This document shows, one piece after another, positions 28,493 through 37,661 of a DNA stretch of 58,277 nucleotides. The position numbers and the translations under genes are program-made. Origin of the DNA: an uncultured Alphaproteobacteria bacterium (GTDB lineage: Bacteria > Pseudomonadota > Alphaproteobacteria > Bin95); the NCBI GenBank assembly GCA_938084065.1, contig CALKDI010000311.1, forward strand, positions 1 to 58,277, written 5' to 3'. Position 1 is the first letter of the stretch. Every line of letters begins with the position of its first letter. The notes under the pieces were generated by a model that searched no databases, was not told where the DNA came from, and saw nothing but the letters and a program-made list of their open reading frames with translations.

Positions 28493-29822
28493 GCAGGCCA
28501 AAGCTCTCAGCAATCGACGGGCGCGCATCGCCATTGGCGAGGAAGCCTTCCAACGGGTCATGGGTGGCGATGGCGGTGTCAGTCTCTGGATCTGTGCTGC
28601 GGCGGTAGGCACCGAGGCGCAACATGGGCTCCATCTCCCGATACAGCGTCATGTGCTTGCGGGCATTGATCACCAGGGCATTTTCGGCATCGCTCGCACA
28701 ATGGGGCAGCGAACGGGAGATACTGCGCAATACGTCTATGGCGGGATAGCGCCCACGCTCCGCGATCTCCCGATCCAGCACCACATGGCCGTCCAACATG
28801 CCCCGCACCGCGTCAGCCAGCGGCTCCTCCTGGTCGCTGCCTTGGACCAGAACGGTGTAGAGCGCGCTGATGTCGCCAACACCGCTGGCATCCTGGCCCG
28901 GCCCAGCGCGTTCCAGCAAGTGCGAGAGTTGCGAGAATGTGGATGGTGGAAAGCTGCGGGCGCTGGGGGGCTCTCCCGCTGTCATGGCGATGTCACGGTG
29001 CGCCTCAGCAAAGCGGGTGAGGCTATCAACCATCAGCAGAACCTGCCGGCCCCTGTCGCGGAAATGCTCGGCCAGAGCGGTGGCCAGATACATGGCCCGG
29101 CGTTTCAGCAGCGGCGGATCGTCGGCGGTGGCAACAACGACAATGGAGCGCGCCAGGCCATCCGGACCGAGCGTCCTCTGCACGAACTCACCCACCTCGC
29201 GCCCGCGCTCGCCAATCAGGCCGATGATGGCGACATCGATGGTGGCCCGCTCCGCCAGAGCTGCAAGCAGGCTGGATTTGCCAACGCCAGAACCAGCAAA
29301 CAAGCCTAGGCGTTGACCCTGGCAGAGTGGCAGGAAGGTGTTAAAGACGTGGGTTCCGGTCTCCAGCCGCGGCCCAACCGCCCGGCGCTCGGTTGCGCGC
29401 GGCGGGTCGCCATGCAGGACAACCGGCGCGCGGCCAATATCGAGCGCGCCCAGTTGGCTCTGGTCCAGCGGCTGACCGAAGCCATCGACAATCCGCCCCA
29501 ACCATTCGTCCGAGGGCCGCGGCGGCGCGTTCGGAACCAGCGTGACCCGGGTGCCGGGGGAGATGCCGTCGGCCTTGCCATACAGCATGACCAAATGAAC
29601 GCCGCCGCGAAAGCCGATGACCTCCCCCATAACAGATGGGGCGGTGTCAACCCGGCAGAGCGTGCCCACGGGGGCGAAGGCGAACAGGCCGGCTACCTCC
29701 AGCACGCCGCTGCGGGCGGAGCTTACCTCCCCATACACGGTGAGCGCTGTCGGTTGCAGGGCCTGGAGGGCGCGGGTCAGGCGGACGTAACCGGCCAGAC
29801 GGTCTTGGAGAGCTGTGTTCAT
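28419..29822 (-). CDS. fliI: Flagellum-specific ATPase FliI
   Basis: Walker A GSGVGKSSLL and Walker B VLLMVDSLTRFA. F1/FliI family, with length and N-terminal beta-barrel segment to match. Confidence 0.93.
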   Translation of the reverse strand: MNTALQDRLAGYVRLTRALQALQPTALTVYGEVSSARSGVLEVAGLFAFAPVGTLCRVDTAPSVMGEVIGFRGGVHLVMLYGKADGISPGTRVTLVPNAPPRPSDEWLGRIVDGFGQPLDQSQLGALDIGRAPVVLHGDPPRATERRAVGPRLETGTHVFNTFLPLCQGQRLGLFAGSGVGKSSLLAALAERATIDVAIIGLIGERGREVGEFVQRTLGPDGLARSIVVVATADDPPLLKRRAMYLATALAEHFRDRGRQVLLMVDSLTRFAEAHRDIAMTAGEPPSARSFPPSTFSQLSHLLERAGPGQDASGVGDISALYTVLVQGSDQEEPLADAVRGMLDGHVVLDREIAERGRYPAIDVLRSISRSLPHCASDAENALVINARKHMTLYREMEPMLRLGAYRRSTDPETDTAIATHDPLEGFLANGDARPSIAESFGLLNVILQQTGAPTPPPARRPRTTGG

Positions 29823-29946
29823 CCATGCGGCCTAGCAGGATCATGGCTAACGAGCGGTTACCAAAAAAACGATTCGTTTTGCACCGAATCTTAAGACCCG
29901 CAGGCGCATACCCCTCGGCGGCAGGAGATATTTTGGAGGACGAAAC

Positions 29947-30354
29947 ATGCTCAATGGGATCGGCGTATTCCATCTGGCATCGACCCGATTGAACTATGAA
30001 ACCGCAGGGCTGCGTGTGGTCGCGCGCAATGTTGCGAACGCGGATACACCGGGCTTTCGCGGCACGGCGGTCGTGCCGTTTGAGGAGACCGTGCGGCGGC
30101 AACAATCGGACGGCGGCAATTTCTCAATCCGCGCCACCCGTCCGGGGCATGCGGACGCGGCCGGCCGATCCGCCGACGGTGGATTGCGGACCAAGCAGGC
30201 AGAGGTGTTGGAGGAAGCGCCGAACGGCAACACCGTCTCACTCGAAGACGAGATGATGCAGGCGGCACGTCTGCGTGGCGGGCACGCGCTGGCCGCTTCG
30301 ATTTTTGAGAAGAACCTGGAATTGATGCGAATGGCGGTCACCGCCCAGGGCTAG
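29947..30354 (+). CDS. flgB: Flagellar basal-body rod protein FlgB
   Basis: N-terminal rod motif VVARNVANADTPGFR. 135 aa. GGAGG SD upstream. Directly precedes flgC. Confidence 0.9.
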   Translation: MLNGIGVFHLASTRLNYETAGLRVVARNVANADTPGFRGTAVVPFEETVRRQQSDGGNFSIRATRPGHADAAGRSADGGLRTKQAEVLEEAPNGNTVSLEDEMMQAARLRGGHALAASIFEKNLELMRMAVTAQG

Positions 30355-30395
30355 GCCCGCGCATTCACACCTCTATCGCCTGAGGGGAGAACCCA

Positions 30396-30791
30396 ATGCA
30401 GGACGATTTTTCGACGATCATGACGATCAGTGCCTCTGGCATGCGCGCGCAAGGCAAGCGCATGAAAGCGGCTGCGGAGAATTTGGCGAATGTCGACTCG
30501 CCAGGCTTTCGCCGCAAACAGGTGTATTTCCGCGATCAGGTCGACCGCGACAGCGGTGCCGCCAAGGTCGAGGTCAGTCGCGTTGCACGCGACCCCTCAC
30601 CCTTGCGCGAGTCGTTTGACCCGGGGCATCCGCTGGCCAATGCCGATGGCTATGTCACCTATTCCAATGTCAACGCCATCATCGAGATGATGGATATGAA
30701 GGAAGCAGAACGCTCCTTCAGCGCCGGGCTGCGTACGTTCGATCAAGCCCGAGACATGTTCATGCGCACGCTCGATCTGCTGCGCCGCTAA
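30396..30791 (+). CDS. flgC: Flagellar basal-body rod protein FlgC
   Basis: ISASGMRAQ...AENLANVDSPGFRRK at the N-terminus and YSNVN...EMMDM..A.RSF toward the C-terminus. Confidence 0.93.
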   Translation: MQDDFSTIMTISASGMRAQGKRMKAAAENLANVDSPGFRRKQVYFRDQVDRDSGAAKVEVSRVARDPSPLRESFDPGHPLANADGYVTYSNVNAIIEMMDMKEAERSFSAGLRTFDQARDMFMRTLDLLRR

Positions 30792-30809
30792 GGGGAGAAC
30801 TCCGACACC

Positions 30810-31157
30810 ATGGATTTATCACTCAATCGGGCATTGGCAGGCTATGCCGCCGTCCAGAAAAACGCAGCGCCGGTTGCCACCGTCGCCGACAAAACAACTG
30901 CGCCAGATGCGATTGGCTTCGGCGGCGGCAAGACCGATGGCAAAGATTTTGGCACGGTCTTCCGCGAGATGGCCGGCGACGCACTATCCACCATGCGCAC
31001 CGGCGAGACCAAGTCGCTGGCCGGGGTTGCAGGCCAAGCCGACGTGCAGTCGGTGGTCGAGGCGCTGGCAGCGGCAGAGATGACTATGCGCACCGTGGTC
31101 GCCATCCGCGACAAGGTGGTGGCGGCCTATCAAGACATCCTGCGCATGCCGATTTAG
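30810..31157 (+). CDS. fliE: Flagellar hook-basal body complex protein FliE
   Basis: 115 aa. C-terminal V.AL..AE....T.V.IRDKVV.AYQDILRMPI is the FliE signature. Confidence 0.87.
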   Translation: MDLSLNRALAGYAAVQKNAAPVATVADKTTAPDAIGFGGGKTDGKDFGTVFREMAGDALSTMRTGETKSLAGVAGQADVQSVVEALAAAEMTMRTVVAIRDKVVAAYQDILRMPI

Positions 31158-31200
31158 CGCGGCCCTGGATCCGGTTGGAAGCGCGGGGAGAACCGAGCGC

Positions 31201-31467
31201 ATGTCAGCAGAAGCAATTATGGATTTGGCCCGCTCAACCATCTGGGTGGCGCTGAGCATTGGCGGGCCGGCGATGGGTATTGCCCTGGTAGTTGGCTTGG
31301 TGATCGGCCTGTTCCAGGCGCTGACTTCCATCCAGGAAATGACGTTGACCTTCGTGCCGAAAATCGTGGCGATCCTGCTGTCGCTCTGGGTTTTGGGCGA
31401 CTACATGGCGACCAAGCTCAGCGATTTTTTCCGGGGGGAGGTGCTGGATGCACTGTCAGCGATTTAA
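31201..31467 (+). CDS. fliQ: Flagellar export apparatus protein FliQ
   Basis: 88 aa, two TM segments, with FQALTSIQEMTLTFVPKI typical of FliQ. Confidence 0.9.
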   Translation: MSAEAIMDLARSTIWVALSIGGPAMGIALVVGLVIGLFQALTSIQEMTLTFVPKIVAILLSLWVLGDYMATKLSDFFRGEVLDALSAI

Positions 31468-32164
31468 AGTGCGGACGGCAGCGCTGGGCTGGGCGGCTGT
31501 GTTGCTGCTAGCGCTACCAACCCAGAGCTGGGCACGCACGACTGAGGCTTGCGCCAATGCTGCAGAAGCAGCGGCGGAAGCGGCTGACATACCGCGAGAA
31601 TGGATGCACGCGATCGCGCTGGCGGAAAGCGGCCGCGGCTCTGGCAAAAACCGCACTGCCTGGCCTTGGACAGTTAATGACGAAGGCCAGGGCCTTTGGT
31701 TTGACCGTAAGGGCGAAGCGGTGCGCCATGTTAAGGGACGGTTGGCGAAGGGTCGGCACATGGTCGATGTCGGCTGCTTTCAGATCAACTGGCACTGGCA
31801 TGGCAAGGCCTTTTCCTCCGTCGAGGCCGCGTTCGAGCCGGAAGAAAACGCCCGCTATGCCGCCCAATTCCTACGCTCGTTGTATGAAGAAACCGGCAGC
31901 TGGCAAAAGGCCGTCGGGCGCTACCACTCGGCAACGCCCGCCTTGGCCAAGCCCTATGCAGAGCGGGTTGCGCGGATGCGGGGCGCGGTTCCTAGTCAGG
32001 CGGTGGTCTCCAAACAGGCGGCACCACCAGCCTCCCGTGGGGCGGTGCTGATCTCTACTTTTCCGTCTGCCAGCCCGTTGCTGTGGCAGCCCCGCCGACC
32101 GTTATTTGACCGGAAAGCCCGAAAAGCCATCCCGATATCGCCACGACTGCGGCGGGTCAAATAG
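31448..32164 (+). CDS. Secreted SLT-domain lytic transglycosylase embedded in the flagellar operon
   Basis: Signal peptide (AAVLLLALPTQSWA), a family-1 lytic transglycosylase E-S motif (AIALAESGRG) and CFQINWHWHG. Overlaps the fliQ end by 20 nt. Confidence 0.78.
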   Translation: MHCQRFKVRTAALGWAAVLLLALPTQSWARTTEACANAAEAAAEAADIPREWMHAIALAESGRGSGKNRTAWPWTVNDEGQGLWFDRKGEAVRHVKGRLAKGRHMVDVGCFQINWHWHGKAFSSVEAAFEPEENARYAAQFLRSLYEETGSWQKAVGRYHSATPALAKPYAERVARMRGAVPSQAVVSKQAAPPASRGAVLISTFPSASPLLWQPRRPLFDRKARKAIPISPRLRRVK

Positions 32165-32183
32165 CCAGAATGGGCTCAAAGCA

Positions 32184-34292
32184 ATGAATGGCTCGCTGCG
32201 GCAATCCATGGCGGTACGGATTTTCTACAATCCTACGGTAATGGTCAGTCTGGCGCTGATGGCGGTCATCGTCATGATGATCCTGCCGGTGCCCAGCTGG
32301 GTGGTGGATGTCGGGCTGACCGCGTCTTTCGCACTGGCCATCCTGATCTTCATAACGACGCTGTTTATCGAGCGACCGCTGGACTTTTCCGCCTTTCCGA
32401 CGGCGCTCCTGGCCTCGTTGATGCTGCGGCTGTCACTGAACGTGTCCTCAACCAAGCTGATCATCGGCGAGGGGCACACCGGCACCAGTGCCGCTGGCGG
32501 CGTGATCGAGGGGTTCGCCATGTTCGTCATGGGCGGTGACCTGATCCTGGGCATCGTCATTTTCACCGTGCCGCTGATCGTCAACTTCATGGTGATCACC
32601 AAGGGCGCGGGCCGCATGGCGGAGGTCGGCGCGCGCTTTGCTTTGGATGGCATGCCGGGCAAGCAGTTGGCCATCGACAGCGACATGGCAGCCGGCGCCA
32701 TCGACCACGCCGAAGCAAGGGAACGGCGGCGGATTGAGCAAGAGGAGACCACCTTCTTTGGCTCATTGGATGGTGCTTCGAAATTCGTTAAGGGCGACGC
32801 CGTAGCGGGCCTGCTGATCACCGCGCTGAACCTGATCATGGGCGTGGTCATGGGCACGGTCTGGCGCGGCATGGATTTTGCCACGGCGGTTGAGACCTAC
32901 ACGATCATGACGGTCGGTGACGGCCTGGTGACGCAGATCCCAGCGGTGATTATCTCCGTTGCCTCGGCCATCCTGGTGGCGAAGGGCGGCACCACAGGCT
33001 CTGCGGACAAAGCGCTGTTGGCGCAATTGGGCGGCTATCCATTGGCCTTAGGCACCGTTGCCGGCCTGATGGCGTTTTTTGCCCTGGCACCGGGCCTACC
33101 AACCCTGCCATTTGTTGCCGGCGCTCTGATCTTTGGCACTTGGGCTTGGAAGACCACCAAGGCGGAAAAGGCCAAAAAGGCGGCAGCCGCCACGGCCTCC
33201 GATCCGGCCCAGCCAGCGTTGCCCGATAAGCAAAAGACGCTTGGCGATTATATGGAGGTCGATGAAATTCGGGTGGAGTTCTCCAAGGGCCTGATCCCCT
33301 TGATCATGGATGAGCATTCCGGCTTGGTAACGCGCGTCGCCAGTATGCGTCGGACCATCGCCGTCGACCTGGGCTTTGTCATCCCGGACGTGCGCTTGAC
33401 CGATAACCCTGGCATGGATGGCAACCGATACGCCATCCGCATCCAGGGTGTTCTGGTCGGCGAAGGCGCGGTGGAGCCGAACGCTGTGCTCATCATCAGC
33501 CGCGGCGAGGCCGACCTGCCGCTGGAGGGCCGCGACGTGAAAGAGCCGGTCTATGGTGCCCCGGCCCGCTGGGTGGCCGAACGGGATCGCGATGAGGCGA
33601 TGATCCTCGGCTTTCCGGTAGCCACGCCAAACGAGGTGATCGCCACCCACCTGATGGAATCGATCAAAGGCAATATCGAGGAATTGGTGACGCGCCCGGC
33701 GCTGGAGCGCATTCTGAAGGAATTCACCAACATCTCTGCCACCAACAAGGCTGGCGAGAACAAAGCATTGCTAGACGAGATCGTGCCGGAGCGGGTCAGC
33801 CGTGAGCGCCTGCAACAGGTCTTGCGCGCACTATTGGCCGAGCAGGTGAGCGTGCGCAGCTTCGCCGCCTTGCTGGAGGCTGTTGCCGAGGCGCAGGCGG
33901 TCACCAACCAGTTGGAACCGGTGGTTGAGCATGTGCGCCAGAAACTGGGGCGGCAGATCACCCAGCCCTTGCTGGCGGAAGACGGCGTGCTGCCGCTGAT
34001 CCAGCTCGCGCCGGAATGGGAGGACGTGTTCCGCGCCCATGAATTGCCGCCTAGCGAGGACCAAGCGCAAGAAATCGCGCTGCCGCCCTCCGAAATCAAC
34101 CGGCTGGCCGATGCAGTCTCTGCTCAGATTGGTGAAGCCGCCGGTCAGGGTCGCTATCCTGCTATTGTGGCACCGGCCCGCCGCCGTCGCATGGTGCGGA
34201 CCCTTTTGGCAGCCAAAGGCGTGAAGGCGCCGGTCCTCTCGTTCGAAGAAATCGGCACGCGCGTTCGCCCCGCCATCGTTGGCATGGCCTGA
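32184..34292 (+). CDS. flhA: Flagellar export apparatus protein FlhA
   Basis: FHIPEP motifs (RMAEVGARFALDGMPGKQLAIDSD, FVKGDAVAG) plus the cytoplasmic C-domain. Start set at ATG 32184 (MNGSLRQS...). The track start at 32106 overlaps the SLT gene. Confidence 0.95.
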   Translation: MNGSLRQSMAVRIFYNPTVMVSLALMAVIVMMILPVPSWVVDVGLTASFALAILIFITTLFIERPLDFSAFPTALLASLMLRLSLNVSSTKLIIGEGHTGTSAAGGVIEGFAMFVMGGDLILGIVIFTVPLIVNFMVITKGAGRMAEVGARFALDGMPGKQLAIDSDMAAGAIDHAEARERRRIEQEETTFFGSLDGASKFVKGDAVAGLLITALNLIMGVVMGTVWRGMDFATAVETYTIMTVGDGLVTQIPAVIISVASAILVAKGGTTGSADKALLAQLGGYPLALGTVAGLMAFFALAPGLPTLPFVAGALIFGTWAWKTTKAEKAKKAAAATASDPAQPALPDKQKTLGDYMEVDEIRVEFSKGLIPLIMDEHSGLVTRVASMRRTIAVDLGFVIPDVRLTDNPGMDGNRYAIRIQGVLVGEGAVEPNAVLIISRGEADLPLEGRDVKEPVYGAPARWVAERDRDEAMILGFPVATPNEVIATHLMESIKGNIEELVTRPALERILKEFTNISATNKAGENKALLDEIVPERVSRERLQQVLRALLAEQVSVRSFAALLEAVAEAQAVTNQLEPVVEHVRQKLGRQITQPLLAEDGVLPLIQLAPEWEDVFRAHELPPSEDQAQEIALPPSEINRLADAVSAQIGEAAGQGRYPAIVAPARRRRMVRTLLAAKGVKAPVLSFEEIGTRVRPAIVGMA

Positions 34293-34302
34293 AATCGCCA
34301 CC

Positions 34303-35061
34303 ATGAGCACAACCCTGGCCGATTTGTTGTCGCTTCAGGTCTACACCTATCTGCTGGTGGTTTGCCGGATCGGCGGAGCATTTTTCCTGATGCCGGGTTT
34401 CGGGGAATCCTTTGTCTCGCCGCGCACACGATTGGTGATGGCGTTGCTGGCCAGCCTTGCCATGACGCCCAGCCAATTCGATGCCATCGCCGCGGTGCCA
34501 CCGCCGGGAGTACTGGCCGGTCAGGTCGGTGCAGAACTGATCATCGGCCTGGCCATCGGCCTTTGGCTGCGGCTGTTTCTGTACGCGCTGTTCATCTGTG
34601 GCGCTGTGATCGCGCAGCAATTGGCATTGAACCACATCTTCAACGGCGTCGCGGAGAATATCGGCACGTCCGCCCTCAGCAACCTGTTGATGCTGACAGG
34701 CGTCACCCTGTTCTTCGCCCTCAACCTGCATGGCAGCACCCTGATGGCGTTGGCCGAGAACCTGAATGACATGCCTTTGGGTCAGGGCACCGTGCCAATA
34801 GAACTGCTGACACGGCGCATTTTGGATGGCGTCGGCTCCACGTTTGCGACCGGCATTCAACTGGCACTGCCGTTTCTGGTGGTCGGCACGCTGCTCTACG
34901 CGGCGTTGGGCTTTATCAACAAGGCCATGCCACAGCTGATGGTGTTCTTCATTGCTGCGCCTGCCATCACCAGCATCGGCCTGATCCTGTTTCTGATTGC
35001 ACTGCCGATGATCCTGACCCAATGGGCTGGCGGCCTCGACGCCGCGCTCAACAATTTCTGA
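34303..35061 (+). CDS. fliR: Flagellar export apparatus protein FliR
   Basis: Polytopic membrane protein with a FliR-type N-terminus (LLVVCRIGGAFFLMPGFGE). Start at ATG 34303. TTG 34279 would overlap flhA. Confidence 0.9.
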   Translation: MSTTLADLLSLQVYTYLLVVCRIGGAFFLMPGFGESFVSPRTRLVMALLASLAMTPSQFDAIAAVPPPGVLAGQVGAELIIGLAIGLWLRLFLYALFICGAVIAQQLALNHIFNGVAENIGTSALSNLLMLTGVTLFFALNLHGSTLMALAENLNDMPLGQGTVPIELLTRRILDGVGSTFATGIQLALPFLVVGTLLYAALGFINKAMPQLMVFFIAAPAITSIGLILFLIALPMILTQWAGGLDAALNNF

Positions 35062-35076
35062 GCGGGAGCGCACGTC

Positions 35077-36201
35077 TTGGCCGATAACGGATCCGATCAA
35101 AGCCAGCCGAAAACCCATGAGCCGACACCGCGCAAGCTGGAGCAGGCGCGCGAGCAGGGCGATATTGTCCAGTCGAAGGACCTGCACACGTTCGGACTGT
35201 ATCTGATTGTGGCGGTGGTGATGCTAGCCGCGGCCAAGCCTCTGCTACACGGCATCGGGCGGGCGGTGATGGGCCCCATATGGCATGCGGATCACGCGGA
35301 TGCATTGCGCAATATCCCCGACTACGCAGCCCTGGTGCGCTCCGTTCTGGGCAGCCTCGGGCCGTATTGGTTGGCGCTAATGGTGGTGCTGATGATTGGG
35401 CCGCTGATGTCGATCATTGCGCAACGGGCCTTTGTGGTGGCTGGCACGAACATTCAACCCAAGCTGAACCGCATCTCACCCCTGAACGGGATCAAGCAGA
35501 AGTTTGGGGTCAAGGGGTTGGTAGAATTCCTGAAATCTCTGGTGAAACTATCCGCCGTGGTCGGCATTACAGCAGCCGTGTTGGTGCCTTTCATTACCGC
35601 CGCGCCGGCTTATACCGGCGTCGCCATCGGCTATTTGGGCGGCATATTGCATGGAGAATTGCAGGCAATGGTGTTCGGGGTGCTGGGTCTCTACGCCATC
35701 ATCGCCTTGCTCGACTATTTTTGGCAGCGCCATCTCTACATGCAAAAGCACCGCATGACCCGCAAGGACATGGAGGATGAGCAAAAGCAGACGGAAGGTA
35801 ATCCGCACATGAAAGGCCGTCGCCGCGACCGGGCGGTGGCCATCGCCTCCAACCGGATGCTGTTCGATACCCGCACCGCCAGCGTGCTGATCGTCAATCC
35901 AGAGCATTACGCCATCGCCCTGAAATGGGAGCGCCACCAAGGCGGCGCTCCGGTTTGCATCGCCAAGGGCATGGATCATATGGCGATGGCGCTGCGCAAG
36001 GTGGCGCGCGCGCATCAGGTGCTAATCTTCCGCGACCCGCCGCTGGCGCGCATGCTGCACAGCATTATGGACTTGAGCGATGAGGTGGACGAGCAGCACT
36101 ATCAGGCCGTTGCCGTCGCCATACGTTTTGCCCTGCATGTGCAACGCCAACAGCGGGCAGCGATGATGGCCGCCGGTGTTGGAGCCAAAACGGATGCCTG
36201 A
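35077..36201 (+). CDS. flhB: Flagellar export apparatus protein FlhB
   Basis: N-terminus SQPKTHEPTPRKLEQAREQGDIVQSKDL, four TM segments, and an autocleavage region that reads NPEH (35896-35907). TTG start with GGGAG upstream. Confidence 0.93.
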   Translation: MADNGSDQSQPKTHEPTPRKLEQAREQGDIVQSKDLHTFGLYLIVAVVMLAAAKPLLHGIGRAVMGPIWHADHADALRNIPDYAALVRSVLGSLGPYWLALMVVLMIGPLMSIIAQRAFVVAGTNIQPKLNRISPLNGIKQKFGVKGLVEFLKSLVKLSAVVGITAAVLVPFITAAPAYTGVAIGYLGGILHGELQAMVFGVLGLYAIIALLDYFWQRHLYMQKHRMTRKDMEDEQKQTEGNPHMKGRRRDRAVAIASNRMLFDTRTASVLIVNPEHYAIALKWERHQGGAPVCIAKGMDHMAMALRKVARAHQVLIFRDPPLARMLHSIMDLSDEVDEQHYQAVAVAIRFALHVQRQQRAAMMAAGVGAKTDA

Positions 36202-36508
36202 CAGACGCCAATCCAAAGCCCTGGCGCGGCTCAAGCAACTGAAGCAGGCAAACGCTATGGCTGCACAACGCCAAGCGATGGCTGCGCAGGAACAGGTTAC
36301 GGACACGGAACTGAGCATTGCCGCGATGGACCAGCGAGTGGTCGAGGAAGCCTCTGCCATGGCAGATTATGCTGATACGCCGGCGTTGGGGCGTTGGGCC
36401 GACCTTATGGACCACCGCCGCGACGGCCTGTTGCAGCGCAAGGCTGCGGAGCAACGGGTGGCGGACGCGCTGGCGCAAAAAGCAGCAGCAGCGCAGCTAA
36501 CCGTCTAG
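36194..36508 (+). CDS. FliJ-like coiled-coil protein, apparently truncated by an in-frame TAG (see findings)
   Basis: The ATG overlaps the flhB stop (ATGCCTGA), with GGAG 9 nt upstream. Q/A/R-rich helical sequence whose N-terminus, ALARLKQLKQ, resembles alphaproteobacterial FliJ. The frame continues open for 37 codons past the TAG. Confidence 0.55.
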   Translation: MPDRRQSKALARLKQLKQANAMAAQRQAMAAQEQVTDTELSIAAMDQRVVEEASAMADYADTPALGRWADLMDHRRDGLLQRKAAEQRVADALAQKAAAAQLTV

Positions 36509-36778
36509 CAATACGGCCTTCTGTTGAAAAACCTGGAGCGTCAGCAGCGGGACCAGCAACAGCGCGCAGCGGCCTTGGCTGAGTGGGAGGCGCTGACGCA
36601 GGCGCTGTGGCATGACGGTTAGGGGCGCCATCTGTCCCATCAATCACCACCGCCGCCGCGAACCCGCGTCCAAGATTTAGAGACGGTTTACGATCGGGCT
36701 CTGCGTGGTACGATCCCTCAGCGGATACCGAAATCGCGCTGTCGAACTGCGCGTTACACAAACGAAGAGCAGGCAGTC

Positions 36779-37645
36779 ATGACAACATTTGGTGTGTTCA
36801 CCTTCGCGACGGATTACTCCCTCGGACCCGCGCAATTGGCGCGAGCGGTCGAAGACCGGGGGTTTGAATCCTTGTTTCTGCCAGAGCATTCCCACATTCC
36901 GGTCAGCCGGGACACGCCGTATCCCGGCGGTGGCGACTTGCCGAAAGAGTATTCGCATACGCACGACCTGTTTGTGGCCCTGACGGCCGCAGCCGCCGCA
37001 ACCACCAAACTCAAATTGGCCAGCGGCATCTGCCTGATTACCGAGCATCATCCGGTGCGTCTGGCAAAGGCCATTGCCTCCCTGGATCAATTGTCTGGCG
37101 GGCGGGTTATCTTAGGCGTTGGTGTTGGCTGGAATGTGGAGGAGATGGTGAACCACGGCATCCCCTTCAAACACCGCTGGCAAATCACACGCGAGCGTAT
37201 CCTGGCGATGAAACGGATTTGGGCTGAGGACGAGGCGGAATTCCACGGCGACCATGTCAATTTTGATCCAGTTTGGTCATACCCCAAGCCTAAGCAAGCT
37301 GGCGGCCCCCCGGTCCTGATCGGTGCTAACTCATCCTGGGTTTTCGACCGGATAGCAGACTACGCCGATGGTTGGATGCCGATCTTACCAATGCCGGGCC
37401 GTGTCCACGAAGGTATCGGCTTGGCCGACGGTATTGAGCGTCTGACACGGTCGGTTGAAAAAGCCGGGCGCAGCATGAGCGATATCGACCTGACCCTGTT
37501 CGGCATGGGCCCCGATCCAGCGGAGGTGGAAAAGGTGATAAGCCTCGGCTTTAACCGGGTCGTCTTTCACGTACCGCCACTCGAAGAGGCCAAGGTGCTG
37601 CGGCTGTTGGATCGCTATCAAGGGCTTGCTGCTGCGTTTGGCTGA
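36779..37645 (+). CDS. Luciferase-like monooxygenase (LLM) class oxidoreductase
   Basis: 288 aa. FGVF.......P..LA.A.E..GFESLF.PEHSHIP...LG.G.GW..EE pattern of LLM / F420-dependent-type oxidoreductases. Confidence 0.83.
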   Translation: MTTFGVFTFATDYSLGPAQLARAVEDRGFESLFLPEHSHIPVSRDTPYPGGGDLPKEYSHTHDLFVALTAAAAATTKLKLASGICLITEHHPVRLAKAIASLDQLSGGRVILGVGVGWNVEEMVNHGIPFKHRWQITRERILAMKRIWAEDEAEFHGDHVNFDPVWSYPKPKQAGGPPVLIGANSSWVFDRIADYADGWMPILPMPGRVHEGIGLADGIERLTRSVEKAGRSMSDIDLTLFGMGPDPAEVEKVISLGFNRVVFHVPPLEEAKVLRLLDRYQGLAAAFG

Positions 37646-37654
37646 CGCAGCAGC
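37628..37654. terminator. GC-rich 9-bp hairpin between convergent genes
   Basis: GCTGCTGCG (37628-37636) pairs with CGCAGCAGC (37646-37654). The loop contains the LLM stop codon. No U-tract on either side. Confidence 0.3.
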
Positions 37655-37661
37655 CACATCA

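Noticed and set aside
29823-29946. Sigma54 (GG-N10-GC) or CtrA (TTAA-N7-TTAA) sites in the fliI/flgB divergent promoter region
   Set aside because: A TTGCA element lacks a correctly spaced TGGCAC, and only an isolated TTAA half-site is present. The only clear feature is a 6-bp inverted repeat GATTCG-N8-CGAATC (29871-29890), too short to call.
34162-35187. 341-aa minus-strand ORF
   Set aside because: Antisense to fliR and the flhA/flhB ends. Q/R/H-rich, no membrane segments or motifs. Shadow ORF.
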